A stretch of DNA of 64,000 nucleotides. Source: Klebsormidium nitens. Its lineage: Eukaryota; Plantae; Klebsormidiophyceae. Position 1 is the stretch's first letter. Every line of letters begins with the position of its first letter. Below the pieces are notes generated by a model, which made no database searches, was not told where the DNA came from, and worked only from the letters and a program-made list of their open reading frames with translations. Positions 59,893-64,000 of the stretch are shown in pieces. The stretch spans positions 62,001 to 126,000 of the forward strand of contig DF237103.1 in assembly GCA_000708835.1 (NCBI GenBank), in the 5' to 3' direction. Made by a program: the position numbers and the translations under genes.

Positions 59893-61315
59893 TTTGGCGG
59901 AGTTGCAAAACACAAAGCCTGCCGGCCAGACAACAAATTTCCTTACAAGCTAGACGTCAAAGCAAGCTGGGGCCTATTAGAGAATCCTTGTCGCACAGAC
60001 TTGGCAAACGAGGCTGCAGTCTGATCGTGGCAAAGAGCCCGAGAGCTGATCTAAGCTGCCTTCGGGGCAAGAAGGTCTGGTGCTCGTCTTTCCAATCAAA
60101 GCGTTCTATCGTGATTTCAGCGAAACTTTGCTCATGAAAGACGTAAACTCAATCCGACTCTGCTTGTTGAATCCATTGGATGTTTAGCTGCAAGTGATCT
60201 TGTATAACCTGACCTAAGGTGCAGATGCATCCTCCCGTCCAAACAGTTCAAGCTGCTAAGTTATGACTTGAGTCATAGCTTATGACACATACGGTACCTC
60301 TTACTCGCGTTGACTTCGAAAGGGGCTTCGATCAATCTTGTCCAGAGAAATAAATCCTCGTATTGCTTTCAAACCTGAGCTGATTTTATAACGAAGGGCT
60401 GTATACGTAAGGCCATCGATGGATCTCGAGGGACGGGTGGGGTTACCGTGTTCCTCAGGGCGGGCTTGGGTGCAAAGCGCTTCGGTGTTCCGGTTACTAT
60501 GGTGTTGAACCAGGCTGTTGCACCTGGGCACAAGATTGAAATGATCGTACCTGACGATCAGACATAAGTATTAGAAAATAGCCTATCATCAACAGGTTTT
60601 ATCATAGGCCATGCAGAAAGGATTTTGCGCAGTACCGCGATATCTGCGATTAGCTTCTAAAATGTGCCGGCCCGGCCCAACATCTGTGTTATGATGACCC
60701 TCGAATGGGGCTATATAGAAGAAGGCCAATTAAGTATTCCTGCTACTTGCATTGCAAGCGCTCAGTGATCAGTTGATGCAACATGCAAATCTTGTCAGCA
60801 CGTTTTGTTCGCAATCAAATCCCATGGGCTATGGGTTCGGAACGATCAGACAACGAGAGACTTCAAAGGGCATCCAACAGGTCCCTGGCCCGGCGACGCA
60901 TTATGCAGTTACCTCATATATGACGATCGGAACTGATCGAGCCTGCCACCATACATTTAGGAGATTGAGCGTTGCGTACGAAGAAGCACGCAGTCCGTGA
61001 GCCCAGGCTTGCGACGCTCTTGCATGCTTGATCTTATAAGCCATTCAAGTAGGAGCGCGAGAGGCATAAGACTTATTCCTTGCATGCACCAATGCGAGGT
61101 TAAAACATTCTGAGCACGTATAGCTCACAGGCGTGCCGCAAACATTTAATGGACGAAAAGCTTCGACAAAGTCCCCGACACCATCAATCAACACGTTTGT
61201 GAGAATCTACAGCGCTTTAGTCGCCAAGAACGTACGCTCGGCTCAGTGGCAATTGAGAAGCTGCGGATTGTGGGAAGCGTGCCTATCAAACGAGGCTCAG
61301 TGGCCAGCTTCTCGA

Positions 61316-64000
61316 TCACGTTGACAAGTCCTGAGGGCTGTTTCTGGATTTATCATACTGCAGTACCGCCGCTGTACTTTGGATGAGCAACACCGCCTGA
61401 AAAGAAAAGTACGTTCACTGAGTAGGCACAATATTGGCCTCGTCAGAGCTGCCCAACATACGGCACTCCGATTCAGACTGCTGAAGCTACTGGCCAGATG
61501 CCAACGCGCTCAGAATCATGCGACTCCGTCCGATCGAGAAGGTTCATCAGAAGCCGTTCACAACATCGACTAGTGCCCCCACTAAATCTGGTTTATGGTC
61601 CCATGGGACTTTCCAGAAGAGCGATACACTTGCTCAGCGTTGATGACCTAAGGGACGCTGCAGAAACGAACTGCCTTAGCGCCTGTCTGCTGAGACATGA
61701 GGGTCTCCAAACCCCGCGGGTCATATAAAGCCCGGCCCAGTTGATGGACCAACAAACAAGGCCTGAACAGTAAGTCGAGCACAAGCCTTTAGATCGATCG
61801 ACGCCGGCCCTCACCTGCGCGCATGCGTAGACGAGCGTCATGGCATAGAAGAAGTTCGCGTTCCCCACGTTCTTCCAGATCCACAGGTTGTACATGACCG
61901 GCCCGATGACGCTAGCCACCAGGAGCCCGTTCACACCGACAAACACGAAACGCATCTGCCGCAGCTCCCGGGCGAAAGCGGGGAGCAGCCCCAGGTAGAG
62001 GGCTGCGTCCGAAACGGACGGGTACGATTTGAAGATGGACGTCAGGCCGAGGATGACGTAAGCGAGGAAGAGGGGCCGGTGGTGGAATCGGATGGTGAGG
62101 GGGGGGAGCATGATGACCAGGACCAGGTAGTGGAAAACGAAGAGGAAGAAGGTGCGGAAGTGGTCGAAGACCTCTGCGAAGAAGTACCTGGCAGGGAACA
62201 GGGAAGGAAGGATTCAAGGAACGCCGGACCAATTCTTCGACGCAAGCCCGGAAAGAAACAACTCCACCAGCACCTAGAGCCTTAGGAGTCTGCGGATCGG
62301 CTCTGATGGGATGCTAGTAACGAGAGCAGGGCCGAGAGAACAGAGGCGTAGAGGACGCCACTTCATTAGTGAAACCTCAAGAGGCATACGCTCTTCCAGA
62401 CCAATTAGTTTCGGTCGGCAAACAGGCGTAGCATCAAGTTGGTTGGAGAGGAGGCGTAATCGTGAAAAGTTCGCCAGAAAAGTTTGACGGTCTCTGGCAG
62501 CCTTCATGGAGAAACTGATGATGGATACAGCAGACTACACGAGCGGCACCGCCGAGAGAAGAAAACGCCTCGCAACATGTCCTGGGTCCGATAAAGCATC
62601 AAGAGAATCTTCAACGGCTTAGTGGGTCATTAAGAAGCCTGGATTCGCGCCACGGAGGCCTGGCAGAAGGAATCTGCGAGACGAGATAGATACGCCCCAA
62701 AAAGGGGGCCATCGTTCCTCACTGCAATGCACGTCGTATTCCGAGCGAGAGAGTGTTGAGGAAGTATTTTGAGCAAGCTATCGAACAGCACTTCGTCACT
62801 ATTCAACCAAAACAGGTATGTGAACCTTTTATAAGGTTGTCTCACTTTTTCGTTTTCGTAACTCTGGACGATTCATTTGATATCAACGAGTGGTTGAAAT
62901 GCAGTCGGTCTAAGAAGAAGGATGACGAAAGACAGCCTGGCTACTGCACGTTGTAAGAAGAGTTGTCCCTTTCTTGTAATATGACAGCCGTGATGGAAGA
63001 TCGCCGAATCGTTTTAAATCATCAGCAAGACTCGAAGTTGAGACCAACACCAAAGACTGAGATCATCGAGACCACCACGGAAAGTCGAAACGGTTTCTGT
63101 CTTGGAGGCTTACCAGAACAGGCCGATGTTCGGAGTGAGGTCATCAGCGGCCAGGATGAAGCCGTGGGTAGCTTTCCACATTTGTAGCAGAGACCCCCGC
63201 TCTCCGAGCAGGACCTTGCAGAGAGCCAGCAGAGCAACTGTCCAAAAACCTAACCCGATGGAGAAGAAGGCCGCTAACAAAATGACGCCTGAGCCTGTCC
63301 TGGATTCTCTGTATGTGCTGATGTCAACCATAGCGGGACGCTTTTTAGTAGGGGGCTCGTTCTGGTTACGAGGAGCTATGTCTATGGTGTCGGAGGCAGG
63401 CGGTGGTTGGCAAGGCTTTCGTCGATCCAGACCTTGGTGCAGGAGAAGGAAGCATGGAACAATGAGCAGGGCTGGATGTAGTGTGAGATGACTGGCTAGG
63501 ACGAGTCCAAAAGTGGCTAGGGGGATGCTCCCTGCAACACACAGAGTGAAAAGGTCTAGGAATGCATGCTGTGCTTCCGTACAAGAAGAGATTGTCAAGG
63601 GAGTCTGGCTAGAAAGGAGCTCAGACTCCAATCCCAATGATTGCAAGAACAGTCCTACGTTAGCAAGGGTTCGGGGGTGTTCAGATTGCCACTAGTCCCT
63701 CTTCATTGTTGTGGCAAACCCCTATGCTTACATTCAAGCAGGATCTCTCTTAGCTGTACTTTTGATTGTACTCCTTGCCTCTGGTATCTAAGCTTGCCCA
63801 CCAGAAAATGCTAGGCTTAAACGATAGACTGGGGCCGCTTGATAAAGGCAGAGGAGGCACCAGACAGAAAGGAAAAGTCGGAGGAGGTGGAGTCTTTTGT
63901 TTCAGACGTTTTCTCACGATATTAAGAAACACCTTGGAAGGGCAAAGTATACTGCACTCACCATTTACTGAGCCATACAACGCCAGAAGGACAGCACAAT
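61316..64000 (-). CDS. PIGU: GPI transamidase subunit PIG-U (CDC91/GAB1), 5' end outside window
   Basis: Exons >64000-63962, 63531-63114, 62187-61815, 61396-61316, in phase. Motifs [51 protein letters not shown]; multiple TM segments. Confidence 0.92.

Noticed and set aside
1-64000. tRNA, rRNA, snRNA or snoRNA genes
   Set aside because: No T-loop GTTCGANTC in a cloverleaf context and no recognisable rRNA or snRNA sequence was found by eye; an Infernal/tRNAscan run would be needed to exclude them.

Overview
Eukaryotic nuclear DNA with GC-rich exons and many GT-AG introns of roughly 200-1500 nt. It encodes land-plant-like proteins, so the host is inferred to be a streptophyte (charophyte) alga, most like Klebsormidium. 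I assembled 11 spliced protein-coding genes by eye and checked every exon junction for phase: a DHHC S-acyltransferase (5' partial), a ~1550-aa USP16/45-type deubiquitinase, a TOG/CLASP_N-like HEAT protein, CGL160, a BLISTER homolog, a stand-alone DOG1-domain protein, GT64 EPC1, an organellar Mss116/RH26-31-like DEAD-box helicase, a MAM33 mitochondrial glycoprotein, a SCEP1-like coiled-coil protein and PIG-U (5' partial). No tRNA, rRNA, CRISPR array or intact transposon was recognised. Most interesting: (1) a candidate ortholog of the synaptonemal-complex protein SCEP1 in a lineage with no known sexual cycle; (2) four separate genes carry tandem duplications of a 3' splice site, placing decoy acceptors or an extra exon upstream of the real one; (3) a possible out-of-frame fossil TGA-type bZIP directly upstream of the DOG1-only gene; (4) a TOG protein with an apparent N-terminal membrane anchor. 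Protein identities rest on remembered family motifs, not on database searches.
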